A stretch of DNA of 64,000 bases from contig CM052817.1 of the NCBI GenBank assembly GCA_028534125.1, forward strand, positions 23,810,001 to 23,874,000. Reading direction: 5' to 3'. Source of the DNA: Lama glama (Eukaryota). Below the pieces are notes generated by a model. The model was not told the DNA's origin and ran no database searches. It worked only from the letters and a program-made list of their open reading frames with translations. Both the position numbers and the translations under genes were made by a program. Of the stretch, positions 27,290 through 39,805 are shown in pieces; the first letter of the stretch is position 1, and each line of letters starts with the position of its first letter.

Positions 27290-28120
27290 AAATTGACCTC
27301 TCCAACTTTTGACGACACTATCAAACATTCCCACCTCTCTGAGACTTCCTTCTGCAATGGCATTCTCCTCTAATACTCCTCACCTTTCTTCAGTTTCTGC
27401 CATCAAGTACATATACTATGTATTTTCCGTTTCTTTCTTCATTTCTCTGCCCCTGCGTTAGCATCCCTAAGTGTCCCATGTTCCACCAGCTTACTCTCTT
27501 CTCACTCAGGACTTCTCATCAGAAACCCAAGGAAACTGTTTCTTAAACAGTTTCTCTGCCTCTGTTCTAACCTCTTCCTGATGACAGGCATGATTATCCT
27601 ACAAGAGATTGGATCAGTCACTCCTTATCACTGAAAGGAATACAATCCAAATGTTTCTGCATGACCAAAAGCGCCTTCACAGCCTCCTGCCAGCCACCTA
27701 CAAACCACCCCATCTCCAAGCACACCTGCTTCCTAGAAAATGTCCTTCACTCACGTCTTCTACTTATTTTTCTCTCATGCCCAGTTCATCTAACCCTTTA
27801 AATCTGAAGCATCACCTGGACCTCAACACACAATGGAGCTCTCGATCCCTCCTCTATAATTCCATGTCTTATGCTAAAATTCTCCATGTTAAAGTCTGTT
27901 CTGATGGTGCTGTGTTTTCCTAAAAAATATATAAAAGGACCTGCAGCATCCCTGTGAGTTCACACTGTGATGTCCCAGGGTCCTTGGTGCTCTCTGGGAA
28001 CTGTGGATGTAAGACTGTTTTTGTCACGCATGTATTATCAACTACTTCTGTTCACAGGAAATCTTAATGGACATTATATTGTACAGAGTAGGAGCTAAAA
28101 ATATACGTTAGTTGAAGAAA
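27290..28120 (+). mobile_element. LINE-2 remnants
   Basis: Pyrimidine-rich L2-like blocks ending in gtacagagtaggagctaaaaatatacgttagttgaa (L2 3' end). Confidence 0.5.
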
Positions 28121-29165
28121 AGGATGGGAAGGAACTCATGTGAAATTCAAACATGAATTAGAAGTTTAAGAATTATGTGTAATTCACTGTTTAAAATATT
28201 AACATTCTAAATTGTATCAGCCTGGTGACCTATTAAAATCTTTAAAGAAAAAAAAATGTGACCCAGTGTCTCATAGGCATAGAGACAGGACTACACAAAT
28301 TATAGGCTATACTTGCGTGATGCAATAAGAAAATCAGATTTACAGTAACGGAGCTTGCGTGTGTAAGTGGTGGCTGGAAAGGAAGATTAAGAGAAAAGGC
28401 AAATTGTGGAGGATTTATATACATCTAAACTCCAAATAAGGTAAGCTGAGTAGAATTCAGCATCATAGAAATTTATTCAAAGGAATATTGCATCTATGCA
28501 GGAAGCCACAGTATATTCCTTAAGAATATTTACATTGATTTAAGTTTTTGTAATTAATTCTTGCTGATAGCAAAAGAAACAACAAACCTTTCATTTCCAC
28601 TTAAAAGGTTATTTTCAAACCTCATCCTTCAGATGTCCTGCCCTCCTATCCCTCCCCTCTTATCCCTCCCAAATGCAGAGGACTACATGCCCTGATACAG
28701 AAAATGTTTTTGTCTTTTAAAATTTCCTCATCTAATCAACAATCAGACACCAAGACATTAGAGTCAGGTTAGATACAAACTGGTAATGAAGAAATAAGCA
28801 TGTACAGTGCTCACAGGCAGACTCCTGCCGTCAAATTCTGGTCCTTGTACTCCTTTCTCCAACTTCCCTCTTAAGTGTCTGAGAAGTTCTTGCTTGTGTA
28901 CCGGACGTGTTTGAGGACGCTGCACATGATTATTTGTAATTCATTTAAGACAATCTCCAGTGCCATTTATCTGAAATGTATCTTAATTCCAGAAGGAGAC
29001 ACTAAAGTGATAGTTGATGGGAATTCCATTTTGAAACCATTCTTAAGACACGGCGAGAGATTCACAGTCACAAGTAGAAGGTTAACTATGGTCATTTAAA
29101 TTTAAGAAATAATGATTACTCAGTGTCATGTTTGAAATGTCAAGAAATTTCACGAATCCACCCAC

Positions 29166-29271
29166 CTGTACAGGTGCTCAATTACAGCCGCCAGCGTTGC
29201 TTGGTTGACCCCCGGGAGAGTGCGTATAAATGCTCCGTACTTTTTAATTCTTTCCTTGTCATCTTGGATGT
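29166..29271 (-). CDS. ARAP2: ARAP2 coding exon, 106 nt, phase 1->2 (RhoGAP)
   Basis: cctccag|ACATCC...TACAG|gtgggt; encodes DIQDDKERIKKYGAFIRTLPGVNQATLAAVIEHLYR. Confidence 0.96.
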
Positions 29272-30479
29272 CTGGAGGTTAAATACACACACACACACAC
29301 AAAATTTTAGGTTTAGACAAATGATCTCTATTACAAATGTGCATTATATCAGTATTTTAAAACAACATTCACAATGGTATTTCATTGATGCAATCAAGCT
29401 CGAGTAAAAACCTTCAAACTTCTGTCATTCTGGAAAAGCATTTACGTGAACATTCCACGCCTATACGTTCCAGTTCTCACACTCTGTAATTAAAAATGAA
29501 GCACTGTCAAAACCCAGGGTTGTATTTTACCTTCAACTTTAGGGACTGCTGAACTTCAGCTAAAAGGAATATATTCAATTAATAATACAGTAAAGTACAG
29601 ATTGGAGAGATACACCAAGAGATTTTTACTGTAGCTATGGAAAGACTTCACTGTTTGGTTATTTGAAAATGACATTTCTGATCTTTTTTCCTTGTGGAAT
29701 CATAAAAATCTTCCCCAAACTATGAACCACCCCAGAGCTATGAATTGTATGTACCCCCAGATCTACAGAAGGGGCCCTTCCCCAGCCCAAGAACCTTCAA
29801 CTCTTCGGAGAAGGTAAGGGCACAGGGGAAGAAGGCATGTGCAGGCCCTGGTCACTATGACGCAGACTAAGAGGAGGAAGGACCCTCTGCCTTTGGTGTG
29901 GACAGGATTTAGTTAATCACAGAGAGGAGGATGAGAAGGAAAGACGTTCCTCCTCTCTCCTAACCCCAAGAAGTCAAATACTTAGGGAAACTACACAAGA
30001 CGCCCAGAGTCCTAGACTCTAGAAGATGTGCAGTGGTGGTTGGGTCTAACCTACTCCCTCACAGGGGAGATAAAGGACCTCTCTTCCATCAATAACTTGC
30101 GCTGACTTTGTAAATCAAGTGTATTGCACTTGTATGGCTCCTTGCGATTCCCAACTACCTCTGGAATAAGGCTTTTTCATTCTCTGCTTTGCCCTACGTA
30201 TACTATTCACAGAAGGCCAGCAGCACACTAAAGATTCTTTGAAAGTACATGGTCTCTTGTAAAGGGTGTCTGGATCCCTGGGGAGGAAATAAGCTCTGTG
30301 ACACATTTTTAATGTACACTCCTATTCAAAACTGCAACTGATGGCTCCTTTGTACTGATTTAGCCCACACGTGAGATCTGTAAAAGTCAACATGGTCATA
30401 CTGACTTAACTGTGCTTTGCAGATGACTCTCTAAAAGCCAGAAGGGCAAAACACCCAAATGACATTCAAAGACTATACT

Positions 30480-30659
30480 GTGGGCAGGGGAGAGGGGATA
30501 GCTCAGGCATAGAGTATGTGCTTAGCATGCATGAGGTCCTGGGTTCAATCCCCAGTACCTTCACTAAAATAAATAAATAAATAAATAAAATACATAAATA
30601 AATAAATCTAATTACCTCCCGCCCCCCAAAAAAACTTTTTAAAAATAATTTAAAAAAAC
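30480..30659 (+). mobile_element. Camelid tRNA-derived SINE (Vic-1 type) with 13-bp target-site duplication
   Basis: ggggagaggggatagctcag...gtgcttagcatgcatgaggtcctgggttcaatccccagtacct has A- and B-boxes, a (TAAA)n tail, a second ctaattacctcccc segment and an A-rich tail. TSD caaagactatact at 30467-30479 and 30660-30672. Confidence 0.9.
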
Positions 30660-32782
30660 CAAAGACTATACTAGAAGTAAATTAAGAATTACCTATCATC
30701 CCTGGTATAATCCAAATATTTTCCCTCGTGTCATCCAGTTTCTAACTATGGAAGTAACTGCATTATTTAGCAACATGTCATTAATGCTACTACACTCATA
30801 ACAAGTCATGCCAGTATAGAGTATTTTCACAAATCTCACAAGAATAAAATACATGACATTTTCAAAATAAAGTTTAAGTAACTGGAAAGTAAAACTGAAG
30901 ATAGATTTCAGGTCATAGAGGAAATACAATGAGCTATTCAACTAGCCACAGACTTCAGACAATTTAAGAACAGATCATATATCATACAAATAGGTGAGAT
31001 GCTACTGAAAGGCATTCTTTGCCTTGGGCACACAGGACCCAAGAGAGCTCTCCTGTGAGGTCACCCAGAGTTCTGGTTTATTCTTGTCAGATCCCACAAA
31101 AGGCCCTTTTCTGACAGGTCAGGGTGAGCTACGTCGGATCTAAAAGCATAGAACTTTTAACACTTTGACCCAATATTCAAATCCTTCTCCAAGTAAATTC
31201 TCAAGGATTCACATCCCAACGAAAGGTGAAACACATTCCTCTCTGACATATGCTAACATTTCCCAACTGCCTCCCCCGGTAGACTGACAACAGTAAAGAC
31301 ATCTTTGTCATTAAATTTGACAACTTCAGTACAAGCATGTATTTGTCACAGATTTTTTGGTAACTGATTTTATAATAAAGACAAATTTTTAATTCTTTGT
31401 AAAATAGAGATACTATAAATAACTTCGTGATTATAAATTACAATAAAAAGTTCTTCAAACAAAAATGAGGGTGGCAAGGTAACTGGGCTTACAAAGATGT
31501 ATTTTATCTATTTCCACATTTTATATTCCAGAAAATTATACAATCAACTTTTCTTGTGATGACAGTTAAACCTATTGATTTGAGAAGTATCGAGAAGCAA
31601 ATAAAAAACCTCTGAACTAGGCAGTGAAATTGTGAAAAGCTTTATTTTAATAACAATACTCCCCTCTTTTGCTGACACAGAAAAGGGTCATTCTTGGGAT
31701 TATTTTTCAAACTGGATGTTTTGTGACATCATCTCAAAATCAAGCCCTTAAAATATATTATGTTTTAGATTAAACAAATACTTTCAATTAAAAAATCAAT
31801 TTTTCAACAGAGGAACATCGTATAGTCAAATTCAAAAGTCATTTTCCAAAAAAAAAAACTCAAAACAGATTAAATGTACAAGAGAAAAATATATTACTAA
31901 ATTATGGTATAATTCAATGATATATTTTAAAAACTGAAAAAAATGAAGATTCAATATCATCATGTTGAAAGCATTGCTAATATTTGGGAAATGTGTTCGG
32001 TTTATTAACAAAACAAAGATTACACATAAATCATAGGTGTGGGGACAAAGACTATAAAATAATTTGAAAAGTAAAAGTACCTCTATTAGAAATCTGGGAT
32101 TTAAGGCAACATTTCCATTTAAAAGTCTTTACTGTTGTAATGTTTCTATAAAAGGAGCTATTCTGAATTAACTGATGTAAATATAGGTTTTACTGAAATC
32201 AATTTGTCTGATTAACTGATTTAATAAACTACTTTCCTAGGATCATTTCTTAAATAAGTTCTCTTACAGTGTAGAAGAGTTTCTTTTTCTTTTATTTTAT
32301 TAGACAGAATCAAGAGATAATGAAGAAACAGTAAAGAAAAAGAAAAAGTTGAGTAACTCTAAAGAGGTAGAATAAATGAAAAAGGAAAGTCAAAGAGCCA
32401 TATGGGAAAATCATGGAAAACAAATCTTGTATTAAACATTTCATTTTAATGTTAATGAGAAATGAAAAGCCCATGTGGACTTGACTATATTACTTCCAAA
32501 GTTAAGGCAAAGTAAGCACTACGAAATCTACAGAAAACGTATTACCATAAAACACTGTTTAGCAATTATCACCATAAATTTCTTTTGAGGCAGATAGAAA
32601 CAACTATTGATGTTTGCACAATTTCTGTTCTGAACCACTATGTCCGTTGTTCCTTTCAATTAAATGTTCAGATTATCAAAGGAGATTTTAAAAATCTATT
32701 ATCAAATGAGAAGACAAGCCTTTATGCTGTTCTGTAGGATAAACACAATAAACATATAAACATATGTAAACAGATGTATTAC

Positions 32783-32995
32783 CCAAGGCAGAGATCCAGT
32801 AGGGATAGAGCTCCTTGGTGAGAAGTGCATCATCAATGTCGGAGAGAAAACTTTTCAACACGCCCGTCACATCCTCCAGCTGATGTTTTCCAGCCCTCAA
32901 TTTAAAGCTTCTTGCATCCTTTTTGAAACTCTCGAGGAGTTCACTTACGTGCAAAGGGTCTCCATTCTTCTGATAGATATATTTGCACCCTAAAC
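32783..32995 (-). CDS. ARAP2: ARAP2 coding exon, 213 nt, phase 1->1 (RhoGAP)
   Basis: T-run...aaacaaag|GTTTAG...TTGG|gtaata; encodes GLGCKYIYQKNGDPLHVSELLESFKKDARSFKLRAGKHQLEDVTGVLKSFLSDIDDALLTKELYPYWISAL. Confidence 0.96.
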
Positions 32996-33639
32996 CTTTG
33001 TTTAAAAAAAAAAAAGTTACATGAAAAAAAGGCTCAAGTCAAAATCCACTTTGATATCTTAAAAATAGAACCAATTTTTGCACTGGGATGACGCACAAGA
33101 CAGAATCATTATCCAAGACCTGATACAAACATGTATGAGAGAAAAAAGCTCCCCCCCAACTTTAGCATTTCTAATGTAAACCTAATGGACACACTATCCT
33201 ATCCCCAGCTTTTAGCAAGCCCTTGCCAGCCCTTCCCCCCAGTTCTTGATAGCACAATTTTCAAACGTTCCTTTACCTCAAGTGCTCTGCCTTCACTTAG
33301 ACTCCCAGAACACAAACTTGCCTCCAGTTTCACTGACAAAAGTGAGGCTCTCTGGTATAAATTTCCTCAACTCTCTGCACTCAGATTTGTATATTAATTC
33401 TGTCTGTTCCCACCTTCACCTCCTCCTAGATGAAAAGCTGGGTCATGTCCTTTTCAAAGTTATGGATTCATCAAGCTCCCCATACAAAATAAGAGGAGTA
33501 GCAGTGGTTAGTTGGAGGAATGATGATACAAACCACCCCCCCAAAATTTTAAGTCCTCTTGGCCCCTCCCAGCTCTCTTATCTCTCTTCGTTCCAAAACT
33601 AATCTGAGTTTCCTATGTTTATTCCTTCCCCCACTTCAA

Positions 33640-34935
33640 ATCCCTGTTAATAATATACTTTAACCACATTATCTCGCAACAGTGCTCAGTTCCCACTCTA
33701 CTGGGACCATCTTCATCAAGAATATCAACAACACAGCCTACTTTCTAGATGCTTTTCAGTTTTTATGTAATAAGAACCCCTTGCAGGATCTGACACTCTA
33801 AATGAATCCCTGTTAAAATTCTGTTAATCTTAAGGCTTTCATGATATTATGATCTCATCTTTTATCCTCCTCCTCTATGACTACTCTTCCAGTCCTCTGT
33901 TTACTCTATTATCTAGTATTTATTGATGATTCCAGGAATCCATCCTCAGTTCTCTTCTCTTTCCCACTCCTCTACAAAATTCCCTGGATGAACCCATCCA
34001 TCTTGGTCACTTCAACTATTGCATGTACATTTCCACTCAGGTTTTAATTTCTAAAATTTCAAACACATACATGTACTATAATACACATACGCTACATACA
34101 ATACATGCAACACACAAGCAATACTTATACATATGGACAAATTAACTCCTGCCCTATTTACTACTTCACCTCCCAATCCCAACTGGTCTTTATACAGTAT
34201 TTATATGGTAATTTATATGGTATATGTTGTTTCTATGCTATTGCCTTTTCCCCAGTCCTTTATAAGTCAGAACCTTTCTTTCTCACTTACTGTATTAAAA
34301 AAATACTACACCACATATGTTGTTCATCACGCCTTCTTTATCAAAACTGTCCCCTTTTCCCATCTCATATGCTATGACTATTTTGTGCACCCAAATTCTC
34401 ACGTAAAATATGGATACAGACCTCTCACTGCCTCGAGGGCAAGTTTTGAGGATCTCAATGTGATACATAAGAGCCTACATAAATTACCCTAACACTCCTG
34501 CCTCTTGTATCCATCCACTCTTCTTACACTAAGTTCTGGCCACATTTAACTACCCAAAGTTCCCTGAACAGGCAACTTCCTTTATGACTCCACAGCTGGG
34601 CACACAGTTTCTTCTTCCCAGAATCCCTAGTCTCTCCTTCTCCTAAGTAGCCCTCGTTTCTTTTGAGACTCATGGTAGGTTCCATGCCTCACCCATGAAG
34701 CCCTCCATGACCACCCTGACACTGGGGGGAATTCATCCCTAAACCATGGACACCTGTATCAACCCCTGAACCTCTCTGCCATAGAATTATGTACACTTAA
34801 GATGTAACTCTTGGCCCATTTGTTTGTCTTTGATCCACAATCTGTAAACTCCTAGAAGGCAAAGACCATGTCCTATTTTCTGTATACAGCAGCTACACAG
34901 TGCCTAGAAGAACTCAGTTAAGTACTCAATTCATG
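33640..34935 (+). mobile_element. LINE-2 remnants (interrupted)
   Basis: L2-like body ending in tgtaaactcctagaaggcaaagaccatgtcct...acagtgcctag...agtactcaat. Confidence 0.6.
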
Positions 34936-37096
34936 GCCACGATATAAGCATAAGTAAATTCTACCAAAAAATATGTGACTAAGTTTCTGAGATATTATAT
35001 TCCTAGTTGAGTGAATTTCTAATAGCTGGTGCATAAGTTAAATGATCGTGAATTTGAATTAAATTTTATTTACATAAATTAAGTTCCCTCAAGAACCAAA
35101 TTCTATAACTCATTAAAAAAATGAAACTCTTAAGAATTACATGGTAAACTTGACACTATATGCACAAAAAAAATGGCCTTTAGATTTTAACCCAAAGATC
35201 AGGAAGTTCAAATTGTGACCATAAAGGCTCTGAGCCAACCACCTGCATCCTATAATCACTGGGTGTTTTCTAAGTTCATATGAAGTCTTCCCTTCTACAC
35301 ATGCTGGTGAATTGGGGTTTTCCTCCAGGTTTTGCTCATTAAAAAGTAAATAAATAAATAAGTAGTCTTTTTTATTGGTTTTATTACTTTAATATGCAAG
35401 TTAATGTACCTTAAGCTAGAGCTACAAAGTAGTTATAATGTATGAAATTTAGCTGAAAACAATCTAATGCTTAATGATTTTAAATTCAAATAAACACAAA
35501 GAAACTTCTGATTTCCCTAGAGAAACATTAAGTTGGATACACTGGAGCTAATCAAGTTATTTTAATCATTTGTCAGCTTAAGAAAGACCTTATGCCATTA
35601 TGAAACTAACATGATGTGAAAATTCTCAGTGAGGTTATGCTCTTGCTAAAACATAGTATGTGTGCAATTCATTTATAGCTGCAAAATGCAAGTGCACTAA
35701 TATGGAACTACTAGTAAATGGAGATGATAACCCTCTTCTTCCCCCATTTTCAAATAGATGATTACAGTTGATAAGAAAAATATAAACATACTATCAAAGG
35801 AAGGAACTTCAAAGAGCAATCCCACATAATGTGATTACATACATATTTACAATAGATACAGAAGTCAAACTTGATAGATCTGAATATTAATGATAATTGT
35901 GAAATACTTAAAAGGGCACTCTCCCTAGGAAAAAAATAAGATTAACATACACGTATTCTAAATGTAATTTCCCAGAATTAGTTTCTTTATAGCCTTTGTT
36001 TTTTCTGTCATTGTGTTTCACATCAGTTCATTGTTAGTTCTCATACTGGAAGGCATGATTTATAGCTTTATCCTTCACCCTTTACTCTCACTGCTGAATT
36101 TCCAGGACCAAGTTCAGCAGCTGACACACAACAGACGCTCAATAACTAAGTAACAAACTCATAACACAATGTCTTACTACAGCTCTCTCACTGATTACAC
36201 CTTCTTCTCAAATTAAAACCAACCAAAGATATTTTTAATATTAGGAGAACAACGAAAGTTAATATAGCTTCCAAAATATCAGATAAATCACTTTATTCTT
36301 TTCTGCATGTACAATCTACATTAATGGCATTTATCTACAATTTAAAAGGGACAAAACTTTTTTTTTATCAAAATATAGCTAGGAAATGCCTACCTTTTAG
36401 AGTATTAAGGAAATACAGAACAGCCAGAAGGAATCTGAAGTGTGCATAGTAATTTGAAAATAGAAATGAACCATAAAGGCATACTTTACTTTTCAGGCAT
36501 ATCTAAAATACTATCACGGCATATTAAATTAAAATGAAGCTGTACCATGTAGATATGAATCAAGTTGGTTTTAACCTGCAAACTATTCATAAAAATATCT
36601 GTTACAAGTCAAACTATTACAACTAATAACCAAGATTCTTAACATAAAACATGTGACCAACAGTATATTGAATGGAATAAATACACACACACTTTGTTTG
36701 CCAGCCAACAAAACTAAGTTCTCTTACACATTGTCCCAAGGTTTACCACTTCTAGGAACACACCCGGGCAGCACTGAGCATCCCTAGACTTTACCGTAGA
36801 ATTGTAACCTCTGAAAAGTACAACCCCCGATCAGTTTTTAATATACATTTTACAATACAGATTTTTCTAATATGTCACTTAAATAAAAGAAGGAAAAGGT
36901 AAAAGTAATATAATTTAAATGAGCATTATTGGGAGAAGGAATGGCATTTAGCTGAACAGTGACTATATGTTTACTTTTCACTGATGGGTTTACAGATACA
37001 AAGGGCTCTCATTCAGCCCGATGGAGGTACGACTTAAAAACTGTACGAATGGTACTACGAGTTCTGGGGGTTGAATAGGAACTCTTTGCTACTTAC

Positions 37097-37260
37097 CATA
37101 CTGTGTAACAAACGCTATACAGCTGTTCACGATAATGGGGACGTCATTTTTGCTGAGCTGCTGATCTTGTAACGCACGACCATCTGTACCTGCTGCTTTT
37201 TCAATTGCAGTATGCCAGACTGTGAAATCCAACTTTGTATGCCCATGGATGTATAATGTT
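37097..37260 (-). CDS. ARAP2: ARAP2 coding exon, 164 nt, phase 2->1 (end of PH4, start of RhoGAP)
   Basis: ccttacag|AACATT...TATG|gtaagt; encodes TLYIHGHTKLDFTVWHTAIEKAAGTDGRALQDQQLSKNDVPIIVNSCIAFVTQY. Confidence 0.97.
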
Positions 37261-37894
37261 CTGTAAGGTTTAAAAAGCATTCCACATTGAAAGTTTGCTT
37301 CTAAAAAAATTCTTACTTCTACACAAATTATCCATAAATCCTTCTAAGTGTGATCTTGTCTCATCCCTCAGAAGAAAAATCCTCTGTCTACCACCAGCTT
37401 CCACTCACTCAATCCCTCTTTCCTTTATACCATCACATCTCTCCATAGAGTCCAGAAAGTCCCCTCAACTCGTGGTCTCACTTGTCTTCCCCTTTTTATC
37501 CTGTTTCTGAATAACTGAACTGAAACTGTTCTGGCAAGCATCGCCGTGACTTCTAATGGATATTTGGGGTTATGTTTTTCAAGATTTTAGAACTGTTCAT
37601 GATTTCAATTCTTACAAAAAAAAAAAAAGGAAAAAGATTATCACCCAATTTGGCTTTTGTAGCACAATTCTTTCCGACTTTTCCTATCTTTCTGGTCTCT
37701 CAATTTCTTTCCCAAGCTCACTTCCTCTTTCTGAAAAGAAAATGAAGTTGTAACCTCAGTGCACTCACAGGAACTTCCAAAGACTCTCCAGGTCCAGGTC
37801 AGTGGTTTCGTCCCCTGTATCTAAGCTGGTAACTCCCAAATCCCTGTCTCCAGGAGATAACTGTCTCACAGATCAGATCTCCAAGGGATTGAAG

Positions 37895-38072
37895 AGCAAG
37901 AGCACAAAGCAGCTAAGAGAGTGGAAATCCAGTCAATTCCAGAACTCAAGTTTTAGCTCTGCACTCACTTCCTTTATGACCTTGGACAAGTTATCACCCT
38001 TCTTTGGTTCTCAGTTTCATCACTGGCAAAATGAAGATAATAACAGTACATACCTCAGCACTCAATAAATAT
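37895..38072 (+). mobile_element. MIR SINE inserted within LINE-2 remnants
   Basis: tgaccttggacaagttatcacccttctttggttctcagtttcatcactggcaaaatgaagataataacagtac is the MIR core; L2-like sequence lies on both sides (about 37400-38560). Confidence 0.75.
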
Positions 38073-38574
38073 AATATCGGTAACTAATAAACCATAATAC
38101 TAGTTAATGTGACTTTTCAGACAGCTTCACCTTAATGTGTCACAAGCATGTCAAATCTTTGTTCCTCCTCCTACCAAACTGGTCCTACTTCCTGTACTTA
38201 TCACACCAGAAATCTAGGATTAGCATGTGGATTGCCCCCCACCCCATCATTGCCCCATGAACTCAATCACGACATTCCATTGATTCCCATTCCCTGACAT
38301 ACTTGCTCTGCCCGCCCTTTGTTCCAAAACTGCCTTATTTCAGGTCTTTCTATTGCTCCTTGAGGTCACTAAAGCCACTCCAAACAAAATGTCTTTCCCA
38401 ATTCTCCACCTCTCTAGTCCCTACTGCTCAAGACTGCTGGAATGGTCTTTCTAAAATGCAAAGCTAATGGTATCACTTCCTGATCACTGTCCTTCTGCAG
38501 CAACTCTGGAGTTTTCAAGATTAAAAGACCTTTATGATCTGGCCCACACCTTCCCCTCCAACTCTGCCATTCCG

Positions 38575-38649
38575 AAAGAAAAGAAAGAAAGGAAAGAAAG
38601 AAAGAAAGGGAAGGAAGGAAGGAAGGAAGGAAGGAAGGAAGGAAAAGAA
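38575..38649 (+). repeat. (GAAA)n-(GGAA)n polypurine microsatellite
   Basis: Directly visible pure-purine tract. Confidence 0.92.
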
Positions 38650-38807
38650 ATTCACACATTCTTGTCCTTACAACAAGTATCTCCTGCCCTTTGGCTGGTT
38701 ACTTCAACTCCTCCCCATTGGTGTATTCCAGGTAACCCTCCCTGACACTCCATTCCCATCTCCCTCCCTTCCTCCCAAGCTTACTGTGTAATAAGTGTCC
38801 CTTCTTA

Positions 38808-39805
38808 TAAGTAAAACAAAACGACAACCCACGGAATGGAAGAAAATTTTTGCAAATGATGAAACCGACAAAGGCTTGATCTCCAGAATATATAAGCAGC
38901 TCATACGACTTAACAAGAAAGAAACAAACAACCTAATCCAAAAATGGGCAGAAGACCTAAACAAGCAATTCTCCAAGGAAGACATACAAATGATCAATAG
39001 ACACATGATAAAATGCTCAATATCACTAATTATCAGAGAAATGCAAATCAAAACTACAATGAGGTATCACTTCACACTAGTCAGAATGGCCATCATTCAA
39101 AAATCCACAAATGACAAATACTGGAGAGGCTGTGGAGAAAGGGGAACCCTCCTACACTGCTGGTGGGAATGCAGTTTGGAGCAGCCACTGTGGAAAACAG
39201 TTTGGAGATTCNNNNNNNNNNNNNNNNNNNNNNNNNNNNNNNNNNNNNNNNNNNNNNNNNNNNNNNNNNNNNNNNNNNNNNNNNNNNNNNNNNNNNNNNN
39301 NNNNNNNNNNNNNNNNNNNNNNNNNNNNNNNNNNNNNNNNNNNNNNNNNNNNNNNNNNNNNNNNNNNNNNNNNNNNNNNNNNNNNNNNNNNNNNNNNNNN
39401 NNNNNNNNNNNNNNNNNNNNNNNNNNNNNNNNNNNNNNNNNNNNNNNNNNNNNNNNNNNNNNNNNNNNNNNNNNNNNNNNNNNNNNNNNNNNNNNNNNNN
39501 NNNNNNNNNNNNNNNNNNNNNNNNNNNNNNNNNNNNNNNNNNNNNNNNNNNNNNNNNNNNNNNNNNNNNNNNNNNNNNNNNNNNNNNNNNNNNNNNNNNN
39601 NNNNNNNNNNNNNNNNNNNNNNNNNNNNNNNNNNNNNNNNNNNNNNNNNNNNNNNNNNNNNNNNNNNNNNNNNNNNNNNNNNNNNNNNNNNNNNNNNNNN
39701 NNNNNNNNNNNAAAAATGTGCTCTACACTGGAATTTGACACAACATTGTAAAATGACTATAACTCAATAAAAAATGTTAAAAAAAAGTGATGAAAGCAAA
39801 AAAAA
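38808..39805 (+). mobile_element. Young 5'-truncated LINE-1 with perfect 15-bp TSD, spanning an assembly gap
   Basis: TSD aagtgtcccttctta at 38793-38807 and 39806-39820. Uninterrupted ORF2 C-terminal frame ([13 protein letters not shown]...[16 protein letters not shown]...[10 protein letters not shown]) up to the gap. AATAAA at 39766-39771 and an A-rich tail. Confidence 0.95.
39212..39710. other. Assembly gap (499 N)
   Basis: Run of n characters inside the young L1. Confidence 0.99.

Noticed and set aside
29690..30330. Possible ancient LTR remnant
   Set aside because: Composition is suggestive, but I could not match termini or a family with confidence.
30487..30562. tRNA-like sequence with A and B boxes
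   Set aside because: It is the head of a SINE with an A-rich tail and TSD, with a damaged D-arm; not a tRNA gene.
38795..39770. The longest ORFs in the track (191-318 aa)
   Set aside because: Length is an artefact of reading through 499 Ns; the real part is an L1 ORF2 fragment.
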